Below are positions 23,680 through 36,299 of a DNA stretch of 64,000 bases, in pieces; the stretch's first letter is position 1; each line of letters opens with the position of its first letter. This stretch comes from Euprymna scolopes (lineage: Eukaryota). The translations under genes were made by a program, and so were the position numbers. The DNA is taken from NCBI GenBank assembly GCA_053919585.1, contig CM132786.1. One strand, 5' to 3'. The notes under the pieces were generated by a model, which was not told the origin of the DNA, searched no databases, and worked only from the letters and a program-made list of their open reading frames with translations.

Positions 23680-26280
23680 GCATTATAAAAGTAATGCCTT
23701 AATTTTTCTTCTGTTTCCGAGAATGAGAACGTTATCAACCATGTGAGAGGCATTCCGAAAGTAATGCTCTCTATTTTTTATTATTTTTGTAGCTTACTAT
23801 GAAAACCATTTTAGAACGTATATGAGAGGCACACCAAAAGTAATGTTCCCTATGTTTTATGTTTCTTTTTCTAAGGTGTATTAGAAATATAGCGTAATTA
23901 ATGATATGAGACGCATTCCCAAAAGTCATGACTCCTATTTTTATTATTCTTTTTACAGCTTACTAGAAAGATAACGTTATCAACTATATGATCGGCATGC
24001 CAAAATTAGTGCCTCCTATTTTTTGTGTTTTTATAGATCCATAGAAAGATAACGTTATCAACTATATAAGAGGTATTCCAAAAATAATGCACACTATTTT
24101 TTTGTTTTTTAGTTTTACAGGAAATAGCGTTTTACAACTATATGAAAGACATTCTAAAAGAAATGCTTTCTATTTGTTTAATGTGTTTAGATCTTACTGT
24201 ACATACATTATCAACTATATGAGAAGCATTCTAAAGGTAATCCTTCTAATTTGTTATTGCTTTTAGAAATATGAAAATCATTCCAAAAGTTGGCGCACCT
24301 TATATCCTTATATGTTGCTTGCTTACACGACAGATACGTTATCAACTATTTTAAGATTCTTTCCAAAAGAAATGACTCCTATTTTTTTAATTTTATTCGG
24401 AGCTTACTAGAAACATAACTTTATGAACTATATGATAAGAATTACACACATAATATGCCCTATATTTTTTTTGCCTTTGAGGTTCCGGGAATGATGATGC
24501 TATCACATATATGAGAGACATTTAAAAAGTAATGCTTTCTATTTTTTTTTAATTTGTTGTGCTTCACAGATTTATAAAGTTATCAACAATATCAGATACA
24601 TTTTTTAAAGTGAGGCCTATACTATGTTAATTGCTTTTACAGATTTATAGCAAGACACGTTTATCAACTATATCTGAGTCATTCCAAAAGTAATAACTTC
24701 TTTTATATTGTTTTTGCAGCTTCTAGATGGATAAGGTAATCAACAATTTTAGTTACATTCGAAAAGTAATGCCTCTTACTCTTTTCTTGATTTGCAGCTT
24801 ACGCTCAATATAACGTTATCAAATACATGAAAAACATACTAGAAGTGATGCCTTCTATTTATTTGTATTGTGTTTAGAGCTTATTAAAATGATATTTTAT
24901 TAACTTTAGTAAGGGGTCTTCTAAAAGAAACGTATTCAATGTTTTATTTACCTTTGAGCTTACTGGGAAGATCACGTAATCAACTATGTGAGAGCCATCC
25001 CCCTAAGTTAGCCCACGTATTGTTGTATTCATTTTGAAGCTTTCTAAGAAGGCAACGTTACCAACTATATGAAAAGAGATCCAAAGGTAACACCTCCTAT
25101 TTTATTGTTATAAGACCTTCACAGAAAGATAACGTTAACACCTATATTAGATTCATCTAAAAACATGTCTCTTATTTTTTTTTTGCAGCTTACCATGAAT
25201 TCAGCGTTATCAAATATATGAAAAGCATGCCAGAAGTAATGCCTTCTATTTTTTTTATTTTACTAATAGCTCCCATTTTAATTTTTATTAAAGTTTACTA
25301 GGAAGATAGCGTTATCAACTATATGAAAGACATTCCAAAATAATGTATTCTATATTTTAATTTTTTTTTTTGAGCTTAAAAGATAAATAATGTTATCAAC
25401 TATATGAGAGGCATTCCAAAAGTAACGCTCCCTAGTTTTTTTTTTTATTGTTAATGAAGCTTATAAGAACTATATGAAATATATCCCAATAGTAATATCT
25501 ATCTGTCATTGTTTTTGGTGCTTTATATAAATATAACTTTATAAGCTATATCAGAGGTATTCCAAAAGTAGTACCTCATTGTTTTTTTTTAATTTTTAAT
25601 AGAGATTTATGAAAAGATAACGTTATCAACTCTATAAGAGGCATTCAAAAAATAGTAACTCATTGTTTTTTTTAATTTTTAATAGAGATTTATTAAACGA
25701 TAACGTTATCAACTATATAAGAGGCATTCCAAAAGTAGTACCTCATTGTTGTAATGCCTTTTTTTTTTAAATCATTTTTGGAGCTTAGCAAATATGTAAT
25801 ATTATCAACTATATTTGAAGCATTAACATTTCATGCTTTTCATTTTCTTTGTTATAGAACTTAATAAGAAGATAACATTATCAACTTTATGAGAGGTATT
25901 TCAAAAGTAATACCTCCTATTTTTTGTTTATAGATCTCATTAGGAAGGTAGCGTTATCAACGTATAAGTAATGCCTCTTGTTTTCTTTATAGTATGTGCT
26001 TACGAGGAATGTTACCTTATCAACTATATTAGGGGCATGCCAAAATAATGCCTTCTATTTTCTTAATTGTTTTGGAGCTTATAATGTACATAACGTTTTC
26101 AAGTATATTATATGGATTCCAAAAGTCATACCACCTATTTTTTGTTATATTATGAGCTTACTAGAAATATAACGTTAACAACTAAATGAAAGGCATTCCA
26201 CAATTAATTCCTCTTATTATTTATTGTTTTTTTGTAGCTTACAAGGAAAATAACGCTATCAACTATATGAGAAGCATATT
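21330..26280. repeat. Diverged satellite-like tandem array, ~79-bp unit, roughly 55 copies
   Basis: Consensus agcttactagaaAGATAACGTTATCAactatatgaGAGGCATTccaaaagtAATGCCTCctatttttt(a)ttgttttt(g)g. Spacing examples: gttatcaac at 23976 and 24054 (78 bp), and at 25311 and 25392 (81 bp). Interrupted by a Helitron and a (TA)n run. Confidence 0.95.
22683..23130 (-). mobile_element. Helitron family A copy inserted in the satellite array, containing an (AAT)n run
   Basis: Shares gctcgaacccgt..cgaagg and aaatccgtcgcctc with the copies at 45.6 and 57.4 kb; degenerate ACTAG and hairpin at the left end. Confidence 0.75.
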
Positions 26281-26740
26281 ATAATTATAATAATGATGAT
26301 GTGCACGAATTGTTTCATTTTCTTAAAATAGATTTATTTTTCTTAAAATCATGATAGCGTTAGTGGGAAAAGAAACTGATTCATATGTTTTGTACAATAC
26401 CTGCCGAGAGTGCGTGTATGTGTTTCATTTATGCATTTGCATTATGTGTTCGAATGTAGGTTAAATTATGTGTTATGTGTGTATTACATAACCCGTGCCA
26501 GGGAGGAAAATATTATTTTATATACGTGATGTAAATCACCTGTTGCCGGGATGTTACACTTATTTAATAAATGTGTTGGGTAATACCCGTCCTATGGAAA
26601 GTGTAATATTCTTTTGCTTTTGAACAGTAAATGATACATAGCCACCAGATACTCATCTATCGTGAAAATAACAGAGATGTGAACAGTCAATTCCATTTTT
26701 CTCATTGTTATACAGTCAAAAACAACGTCGAGTAGCCATG

Positions 26741-26821
<81 letters not shown>

Positions 26822-27049
26822 ATTTTACAGACATTCCCCTTTACAGATGTTGAAAAATCCGTCTGTACGAAAAGCGTTTCGGTGTTTTTTTTTTGTGTTT
26901 TTTTTTTGATTTGGGGATTTTTTAATCGGCTTATTTATTTTATAGCATTACTATAGTGTTCATATTTATCGAGGGTTTCTTAAGCTTCGTGATTTTTTAT
27001 TCGATTCGTGTATTATTTTTTAACATTCGATTATGGTCAACTTCTTTCT

Positions 27050-27123
<74 letters not shown>

Positions 27124-27682
27124 AGAAAGGTATATGGATAAATAGATACATAGAAGACTGTGTTTGTTGTGTCGGTATATATTACATGAATCACAACTGA
27201 TTCAAGGTTTAATTTTGAGGATTTCAGCGTATTATTTCTTGATACTGTATTTCCATTTTTATACACTCCGGTATGTGTTTCTGTTAGTATGTAGGGAATA
27301 TAGTATAAACATGATCAGCCCATCATTATACTATATGCAACAAAGATTTTAGAACAAAAATTGTGTAATGTAAATTATAGTATAATGTTTCATATGGAAA
27401 GTGCTTAATTTAGTGTCAGAAAATAAAGGTGAAAAGGCTGTCGGCACTATTCTTTTCAAGTCAGTTACTTTAGATTTAATTAAATTTTAACCACAGGAAA
27501 ACAACATCAATTATACATATCTTCTAAGTGTTACTGAATTTGAATTAATTTAATGTATCTTAGTACAAGAAAAATAGATTAGCATTACTGCAAAAGTATT
27601 TGTTATTTCAATTTTATTTAAGCGTGTCTTTTCATGAGTAGTACGGGGTGCATAATTCATGCAATAACATTATGTAAAATTA

Positions 27683-28097
27683 TGTGTTATTATTGATTAA
27701 TCGGACTGTTATTCTCATATTGGGTGGTATAAGAACAAATATTCAGTTTCTGTAACCTGCGACATTTTTCGGATGTTAACGACATGCTTCTTTTTTCTAC
27801 TAAGCAAAGCAAGGTTGGTTCTTCATTACAAGAATTCTAACAGTAGGTTTTAGGTGGCGGTGGGCGTAGATAAAATATCTTAGTGACACCTGAAAATTAA
27901 ACCTTCTTTATGATTTACGAACCCACGCTTAAACCCACTGTTTGAATTCTTGTAATTCAGAACAAACCCTCTATTCATACTAGAAAAAGAAGTACGTTAT
28001 CAGCACACGAAGAAGGTCGCAGGTAGTAAGAACCGAAACATTGTGCTAATAACACTCAAGATGAGAATAATAGTCCGATTAATCAACATAACCCAAA
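27683..28097. repeat. ~415-bp imperfect foldback (arms of ~190 bp); MITE-like or inverted Penelope pseudo-LTR pair
   Basis: ttgattaatcggact.ttattctcat...acctgcgac...ttacaagaattc.aacagt on the left is mirrored by actgtttgaattcttgtaa...gtcgcaggt...atgagaataatagtccgattaatcaa on the right. Confidence 0.85.
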
Positions 28098-29739
28098 CAT
28101 TCACAACTCCTTTCGAAAATCCAGAATTGTATGAAAAAAGACTTGTTTCAATAAATAGTTTTTTTATATTTTACCTGTAATTTAATCTTCTAATAAATGA
28201 TGAAATAAGGATTACATCACTTTTTTGTTAGACAACTTAATTGTGCTCTATATACGCCATTTATTCAACAAGCATACTAAGTTTTATTCTTTTTCCAGTA
28301 ATGCATCAACAATTCTCCATTTTAGTGTAACTATTTATTTTGTTTTTTCGTTTTTTATATATATATTGCCTATACCCCATATGTATTCTTTAAATGATGA
28401 GTATGACAAAAATATTCGATTTCTTTCAAGATATATGTATTTTCAATTAATCAACGTATCTATCGATATTTACAGAAATTATTTGATTTTATAAAACATT
28501 TGAACACATAAAAGAGTATGATAATCAACATTATCATTTAATCACGTATTTTCACAGAATATCAATTTCATATTGTATTCGCACATCTTACTGAAATATC
28601 TCGAGCTCATGAAAACGCAAAGTTAATAAAGTCGGAGTTAAATCCCCGATTCTCTATCAGATACGGTAATCTTTGCTAGCTCGGTTCTTTTTTTTATTCG
28701 ATCATCAAAGTTAATTACCTCCCTTGTTCTAAAGCGTTTTATCTTTTTTTTTTGTTATCTGGAAAGAAATTCTTTTAACTTTTATCGATATCTTTTGATG
28801 AATCTTTTTAAAAGAATACGATAACGTCTCTCACTGAAAGCTCGCTTACTTCAATGATATTGTTTAAATCTGCCTCTTAAAGGTATAGAAAATGTAACCC
28901 ATTACCAACCAATATTTCCATGTTGCTGGTAATTTTTCGCGTTTTAATCACCACTATATATTCTTTTCAAATAACCGAAAATATTACCAGCAATATAAGT
29001 ATATTAAGTAAAATTAATTTAGCCAATATATTTCCCATACATATTTATATATGGCCTTTATTTGACAATAATGAGCGTGTTAGACTCTTAGTGTAACTTT
29101 GTTGTTATCTCGATTTGTTGAAGAGTACAAATATCATTTTACTACATAGCCCATCAATTATACTTTAAAAGATGTATTGATATTATTATATAAATCTAAA
29201 CCAAATTAGTCAACAAATGTGTATTCTTATGCTGGTGCCACTGTATATTTAATGAACTTAAAAAGCCTCAGCTCATCTCGACTTGATCAAATTGATCCAC
29301 AGTATATTCTTAGATATTTCTGCTAAATGATAAATATTAAAATGTCAACGCGTGCTTGCAAATAAGCGGAACAATGTATGCACTAATAAGGAATGGCCAC
29401 GATTAAAATGCTAGAGCTCAATATACAATTAGATCATAACAGCGACCATATGAAGAGTTTCTCTGTGATAAATTATTCGTTAATATCAAATAATATACAG
29501 CTAACAGTGACTAATTCCTATAATATTGATATTCTTTAATTTGGTTAAATCACGGAAATGATTATTCAATCTGAAACAACAACTATATTAACACTGTAAA
29601 GTATTATATTGATGGTTTAATCGGTTAAGATAGCTGATTGTGTTTATAAAACCATACACCAATGCATTTATGAATTTTTATTAATGCCCCATATTTATCA
29701 TGGCTAACATTCGGTTTACGTACGCATGCACCCCCACAC

Positions 29740-29811
<72 letters not shown>

Positions 29812-30059
29812 CGCTAGTTTAATGCTGGAAAATATTATGAGGGATTGTAATTATATGTAATGGAAAACACGTTTATATATTTAATACGCTGGAGATCGAA
29901 AATAATAGATTTAAACAAACTAGAAAGAAAATAACTCCTTTTATAGAGTTATATACTGTTCCTAAGAAGTTTTGAATATATCTAGCTTTAAAACATGTTC
30001 TTTTTCTTTTTGCTATTAAGAAAAAAAACTGATAAGTAACTGTGTGAACTAAGATAAAT

Positions 30060-31600
30060 ACGTTTTACTTCTCCATATAATACTTATTTTACAGAAGAGT
30101 CATCACTGATCAAGACTAGGATGTCTTCGAGGATAAGTGTTAATGAGTGTTCGGCCGTCTAAAGCAACATGTAGTAGTGAAAATTTGGTCAATGTTATTA
30201 CTTGTACCTGTACACGACCATATTGTAGGAAGCAGAAAAACGGAATTCTACAAGAGTGCAGTTCTAAGAAAGAGCATGTGTTTATGGAATCCACGATTCG
30301 CTTTAGGCACAGAAAAAGAGTGAGGGAATCATTGATAGTGATTTCCAGTAGACGAGTGTTTTCGTGAAAGTTACTCAAGTGAAAACAATATATTGGATCT
30401 AAGAAGGAATTTTCCATGAAAATAATGATAAAGCAGAGCCAAGCTAGCAATGTCTCTTCTGTGGGGAGCGTTGCCGGGAAGAGAAAAGGGCTCCCTCACT
30501 AGGCCTCGAAGTCTATTTTTAACTCTGTTAATGCAGGATAAGTTCTTCTTGCAGATTCGGCCACAATATGGCAACAGTATTCCATCCTGGGACGTACTCG
30601 GTTCTTATACAGGCAGAGAATTTCATCAGCAGTGAGATATCTTCTCGAGCGGTAGAAAAATAGCACAATTTTGCAGCAGATCAGAAGCTTCGTAAAACAT
30701 GGAGCCTTTCCAAGACGAGAACAATTCATTTCAGTTAATGCCAGACAGGGATATAAGCGTTGATAATGGAAAGATATAAACTTAGTTTTAGATGCATTAA
30801 AATACACCAGCCATTGACCACGTGCTCCAAGTAAGTAGAGGAAAGCTCAAAGAGAACTTGGCCATTTTCGGCCTTTGAAGTATCGCCATGTATGTAAATG
30901 TCGTCAGCGTAAATGTCTACGAATGATCTTAGGATGTGATTTGAGAGATCATAAATGTAGATCACTAAGAGTGTTGTGGTAAGGATGGGCCCCTAAGGGA
31001 CCGCAACATTAATACTGTGAGCTCATGATTTCTAATAATCAACCACTTCTGTTATAAATCTATCAGATATACATTATTTAGAAACTGAAAATACGTTTCT
31101 AACTATACCATAGATGGACAGTTTGCGAAGTAGACCAGTATGTCATACCCTATCGACATCCTTTGATTAGTCAAACACAATTTCCAAAGAAAGGAGACCT
31201 CAGACGAGGATTTGCTAATCATATGAGATATAACTCTTAGCACATCTATTGTAGATTTAGCAGAACGGAAATCATATTGAATGGAGGTTATTTCTGCTGG
31301 GTGATTGACTACTTCGCTATTTGTAACCGATTCCAGCAACATACTCATAATGCACAGGAGACTGACTGGTCTCTATCGAGAGGCAGATGATTAATAACGT
31401 GGATTCTCTTATACAGGACATACTAAATATGCTATCCACCGTGTTTGGAAGCAATTATCTTTAAGACAACGAAGCCACCTTTGTAATATAAATGTCTGTT
31501 CTAGTGTAAGCTGTGTCTATCACTATATTAGGAATGCCCTCAAGACCAGTGGTATTACTGGAATCGAGTTTTAAGTATCTGCCGATAAATGATTGTACTA
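30060..31600 (-). mobile_element. CR1/L2-type LINE, decayed RT and C-terminal ORF2
   Basis: QYDFRSAKSTIDVL, IYIYDLS...DIYADD, FNASKTK, LYKNRVRPRMEYCCHI, HRRDIASLALLYHYFHGK; multiple frameshifts. Confidence 0.9.
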
Positions 31601-32000
31601 CAGTAATTATGAGCGTGTGGGTCAATATAATCATGATCAAAAGATAGCTAGCTTACAAGGAGATTAGCAGCAGCGGCCGTAATAGAAAAAGTATATGCAA
31701 ATTAGGATGTGTGCGCGAGAAGAAAAAATGGAGAAATCTTCACCTCGTGGTTGAGAGAGAAGAAAAGTTCGTGGCAAAGAAAATGGACTATAGAATTAAG
31801 GACGAGAACGGGCGAGCTGTTGCAGACATATGGTCGGGCAAGAAGAAACGCTGCTAGGCTTGATGGACAGGTGGCAGGGAAATATTATTTAAGTGGTGTC
31901 GAAACATGTAATTTACGGTGATAGAAAATTCTCGAAAACTAGAAAATATAGGACCCATATTCTTATGTTTTTCTTTCTTTCTTTGTAATTGCATCGTTAC
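31595..32000 (+). mobile_element. Possible solo LTR
   Basis: Purine-rich ~400-bp block that begins where the LINE homology stops and ends in ...cgttaCA. The 5' TG end is uncertain. Confidence 0.25.
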
Positions 32001-32159
32001 ACGGTTAGCCCACTAATTGTTGAAGCAACAAAATTTTATTACTAAGCTGTGACGCGTTTATAGGAGCGAAGAAGAGAATTGTGTATTACATATAAAAATA
32101 CACTACTTAACATAAAATTATATGCAAATAATTAGATCGGACATTCTGAAGATCCGTTT

Positions 32160-32520
32160 ATTTAAGTTAACTGTTTGGACACAAACAGCTTTGTGAAGTT
32201 GAGAACGATTGTGGATAAATATGCCACGTGTAAGTCAAGCTTTGAACATGCAGTAACAATCGCCCCAGTGACAGCTGGACGGATAGATATTTGGTCAGAT
32301 ATTATTGTTTTTCTTAAATTGATGTGTTGTATATTGGTTGAGTACAATCTATTTCTAATTAAATAATGTAGCCTCAGGTTGGATTTAAGGCGAATTTCAA
32401 TATGACCTCTGGTTGTACTATCCTTGATCGAAAGGCTCTGTTGCAAAATCAGTAGTTGTAGGTTGGACTTTCGTAGCAAGATCTAAGTTACAGGTTTCTA
32501 GCGTCTGTGCTCTGACCTCT
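32160..32520 (-). mobile_element. Possible LINE RT N-terminal fragment
   Basis: SLSIKDSTTRGHIEIRL weakly resembles PIFKKGD...NYRPI.L; the 105-aa ORF has coding-like composition. Confidence 0.3.
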
Positions 32521-34850
32521 ATGTTTATTTGTGGTACCTCCTCTCATCACTTCTCTCAGAACATGTATTTGCAGCTTTTTTTCCCAAGCGCATTAAGTCT
32601 GCTGCATTTTTGTAAAAGAAAGCGATGTTACGTCCCATTCTTAAAACAAAGAGAGAGATGGAGATGTTTTAGCAGTTCATTGAAAATACTAAAGGTGAAT
32701 AGATATTGTCGTAAAATGCAATTGTATGGTACACTTTAGTAAAATTATTGTTCAATTTGTTTGCTGACCACCTAATGTATCAGTTATTTGGGGAAAGGTC
32801 AATTCACTAATATCTGCCGATATTGACAAGAGCTTCTCTTAAAATTGTTCTTTTTTCAGGGGTGCTCGGAAACAATTAATATAGATCAGACAGAAGACTA
32901 AGCGACTAAAATAAGTATAATTTAAAAGGAACATTTTTTAACATATGTTGAACTAAGAAAACGTAACAAATGCTTAACTTAAGTCTGTATGAAAAAATCA
33001 CAACATTTTTACAACCGAAAAAAAAGAAATATTTCAGTATTAAAATTTAAGTTCAGCATAATAACATATTATTCAAGACTTGCCGTTTATTCATTGATAA
33101 AAGAATTTACACCTTATAATTAATATTCATTTTACTGTTATTTATATTTGTTTCAGTAGTAATACTTAAAGCTAATGCAATTATGCGTTGTTTTCTTTGT
33201 TGTGATGTCATGTCCTCAAATGTTTTCCGAATAAATTAGGTTATGTTTGTCATGTACGTGTTCATTGTGTATAACACAGTATGTTTGTGACGGAGGCTAA
33301 AGTTTAGCAGACTGTTGCAATGCAAATAATTACTGCACATTTCCAATTATGTTTTCGATGATCGATTGGAGATTCAAATCAGTAGTAAAAGCGTTTGTGA
33401 CGCTCGCAGATGGTCGCTGTGGAATCAAAGGTTAGTGCGAGTCCTGTGATATTTGAAACTCAACAGGAAATTAATCACGAGAATCACAAAGTGAATCGGA
33501 ATCTTGTTTGTATGATTGAAAGAGGCAAGCAAAAATCTCGACGTTATGTGTGGCGTGCAAGCCCAGCGATAGGCCGGTATAATAACTCTGTACGTTTGAG
33601 TGCGTGTATTTTATACTTATACACGTAGTAATATGGACGTTTAATGGTCGCATGTATAAATCTATTACTAGCGGAGTGTATGGGGTTACATCTCGTTTCT
33701 AATTAATATTTTAAAATGTCGATGTATTTGTTGGTTCAAAAAAGCCTTTTATTTTTTTCTTTCATCTTAATAGCTCTTTCACTTCCTCTGTCGTTCGCTT
33801 CTTGTTCTCATTCTCTCCTATTCACGTTTGGAATATTTGAATTTTCTAAATGAGTGGCAACAAATTAATATTTTGTTTTNNNNNNNNNNNNNNNNNNNNN
33901 NNNNNNNNNNNNNNNNNNNNNNNNNNNNNNNNNNNNNNNNNNNNNNNNNNNNNNNNNNNNNNNNNNNNNNNNNNNNNNNNNNNNNNNNNNNNNNNNNNNN
34001 NNNNNNNNNNNNNNNCACGTTGTCAATCTCTGCCTGCTGCTGTCAATCTTACGCTAAAAGATTGATCATATTAAGGAATATGTAGGCGTAAAGCTAAATA
34101 TAAGTTATTCTGAATTACATTATTATAAATAGTCAAACATGTTAGCCTTAATAAATCGGAACCCAAACGTATCCATACGTATACAATTTAATACAAATAG
34201 TCATAATAAACATATATGCACATAGTGAACATGTTCAGCCAGCATGGGGCAGTTTACCCGTAAAACACGAAACTAGATGAACAAGAAGTCATATGTTGCA
34301 TGCACTTGCTATGATTATGAATCAAATAATATAACATGCTATCACATAAATTCTGTAAGAGAAGGTTTATTTTTATGAATTTCGCATAAACACATACATT
34401 CTGAGAAAGGAATAAATGCAGTCTTTACAGATATGCTGTTTGGTCTTTTATCTAAGTACATTTTTCACTTAATTTTTTTCTCAGGTCATGATGAAATATG
34501 TGTTTCTTTTTTTTTTCTCAGGTCATGAAGAAATATGTTTTTAAATATCCGAATTTTCTAAATAATAACATTTAGATGATCATTAAATCATAACTTTTAC
34601 CTCTGATTTTCGAAATGTAGCGTTTTTTCCCTATGTCCACGGTTGCACTTCTAACTTCTCTCGATATGTCAGAAATATATTTCTTTAAAATGTATTGTTA
34701 TAATTTATACATAGAAATACCTAATAAAATCTGCTAGATGATTATGATATGTCCTTCATACATACTATTTATTATTGTAATCATTATTATTACTACTTAT
34801 TATTCTTAATATTTATATTATTATAAACAAATTACAAGCAATGATAATAA

Positions 34851-34912
<62 letters not shown>

Positions 34913-35925
34913 TCAATGTAAGTAATTTTTCCCAAAATTTCAAGTAATATTGTATCATTTATTTATAGTTTAAAGTAATATTTTATTAATTATTTCAAAA
35001 GAGCTATCTTTAATGAGACAAATTATATTTTACCCCGCCTTTAAGAAACACTACTCTAAACTTTTTTTCTTTTATACAATAACATTTGAAATTTGTTAAA
35101 ATAGACGTATGCACTTTTCCACATGCAAAAGATATACCTAAAGTATTATTTAATTTCTTTTAAATAAGTTCCTCATGTCGTATTTTTGTAGACAATGTGT
35201 TTAAAGCATAAGTAGTTATAGATTCAGCTTATTGAGAGAATATATACTATTAAGTTTTTCATTTACTGGATACGAATTGTTTACATTCCATACATATTTG
35301 CACACACGCACCCCCCCATATATATATATATATATATATATGTGTGTATATGTGTGTGTGTGTATGTATATATATGTGTGTGTGTGTGTGTCTGTATGAG
35401 TGTATGGATNNNNNNNNNNNNNNNNNNNNNNNNNNNNNNNNNNNNNNNNNNNNNNNNNNNNNNNNNNNNNNNNNNNNNNNNNNNNNNNNNNNNNNNNNNN
35501 NNNNNNNNNNNNNNNNNNNNNNNNNNNNNNNNNNNNNNNNNNNNNNNNNNNNNNNNNNNNNNNNNNNNNNNNNNNNNNNNNNATATAAATAAGTTACCAC
35601 GGGAAATATTTTTCTTAAAATGTTGTACTTTGTTTAGCATTCGCACTTAAATACCAAGTAAATTGGGACTTTTATAACGGATCGGTGTCACTCCAAGTAC
35701 ATATCGCTTAAATAAAATCCTAGTATTAACCATGAAATACAATACATAATAATAAATATTTTCAAGTTTTATTATTCCATGTTTCTAGAGATTAAACGAA
35801 ATTATCGAAAATAAAATGTATTAAAACGCCATAACATTTGATTTTATAAAATGAATTAAAACGTCATAATATTTGACTTTATATAGAAATGTATATATAT
35901 ATATATATATATTGATTTCATATAG

Positions 35926-35966
<41 letters not shown>

Positions 35967-36238
35967 ATTTTTACACTTAATTCGGTATAATTAAACGAAA
36001 TTTTAAGTTTTTAACCGATACCAATATAAATTTTAAGGTGTTTTATACATAAGAAAAATTAGATTTTTAAATTAATTTGGGTTTAAATTAAAATCGATTT
36101 ATATAAAGGAAACATTTTTTTCGAAATTTGATTTTAAATTTATATAACGCAAAGTTTAAAGTTAATGAAATCATCATCATCCAATAAATAAACGCGGGGA
36201 GGAGATTTAACAAAACGAGATTTAAACGTGAACTCGCG

Positions 36239-36292
<54 letters not shown>

Positions 36293-36299
36293 CACACTT

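Noticed and set aside
21330-26280. CRISPR array (hairpin repeat plus variable linker)
   Set aside because: The linkers are homologous to each other and T-rich rather than unique spacers, the repeats are highly degenerate, no cas genes are present, and the context is eukaryotic.
21330-26280. Decayed tandem C2H2 zinc-finger exon (ATATGAGAGGCATT resembles HMR.H codons)
   Set aside because: The unit is ~79 bp rather than 84, indels are frequent, and there is no CxxC or TGEKP codon pattern.
21330-26280. Hammerhead-ribozyme satellite
   Set aside because: No CUGANGA...GAAA...UH core flanks the stem on either strand of the consensus.
33300-33700. 72-aa ORF or pre-miRNA-like hairpin in a slightly GC-richer block
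   Set aside because: No recognisable protein motif; the stem is short and I recognised no known miRNA sequence.
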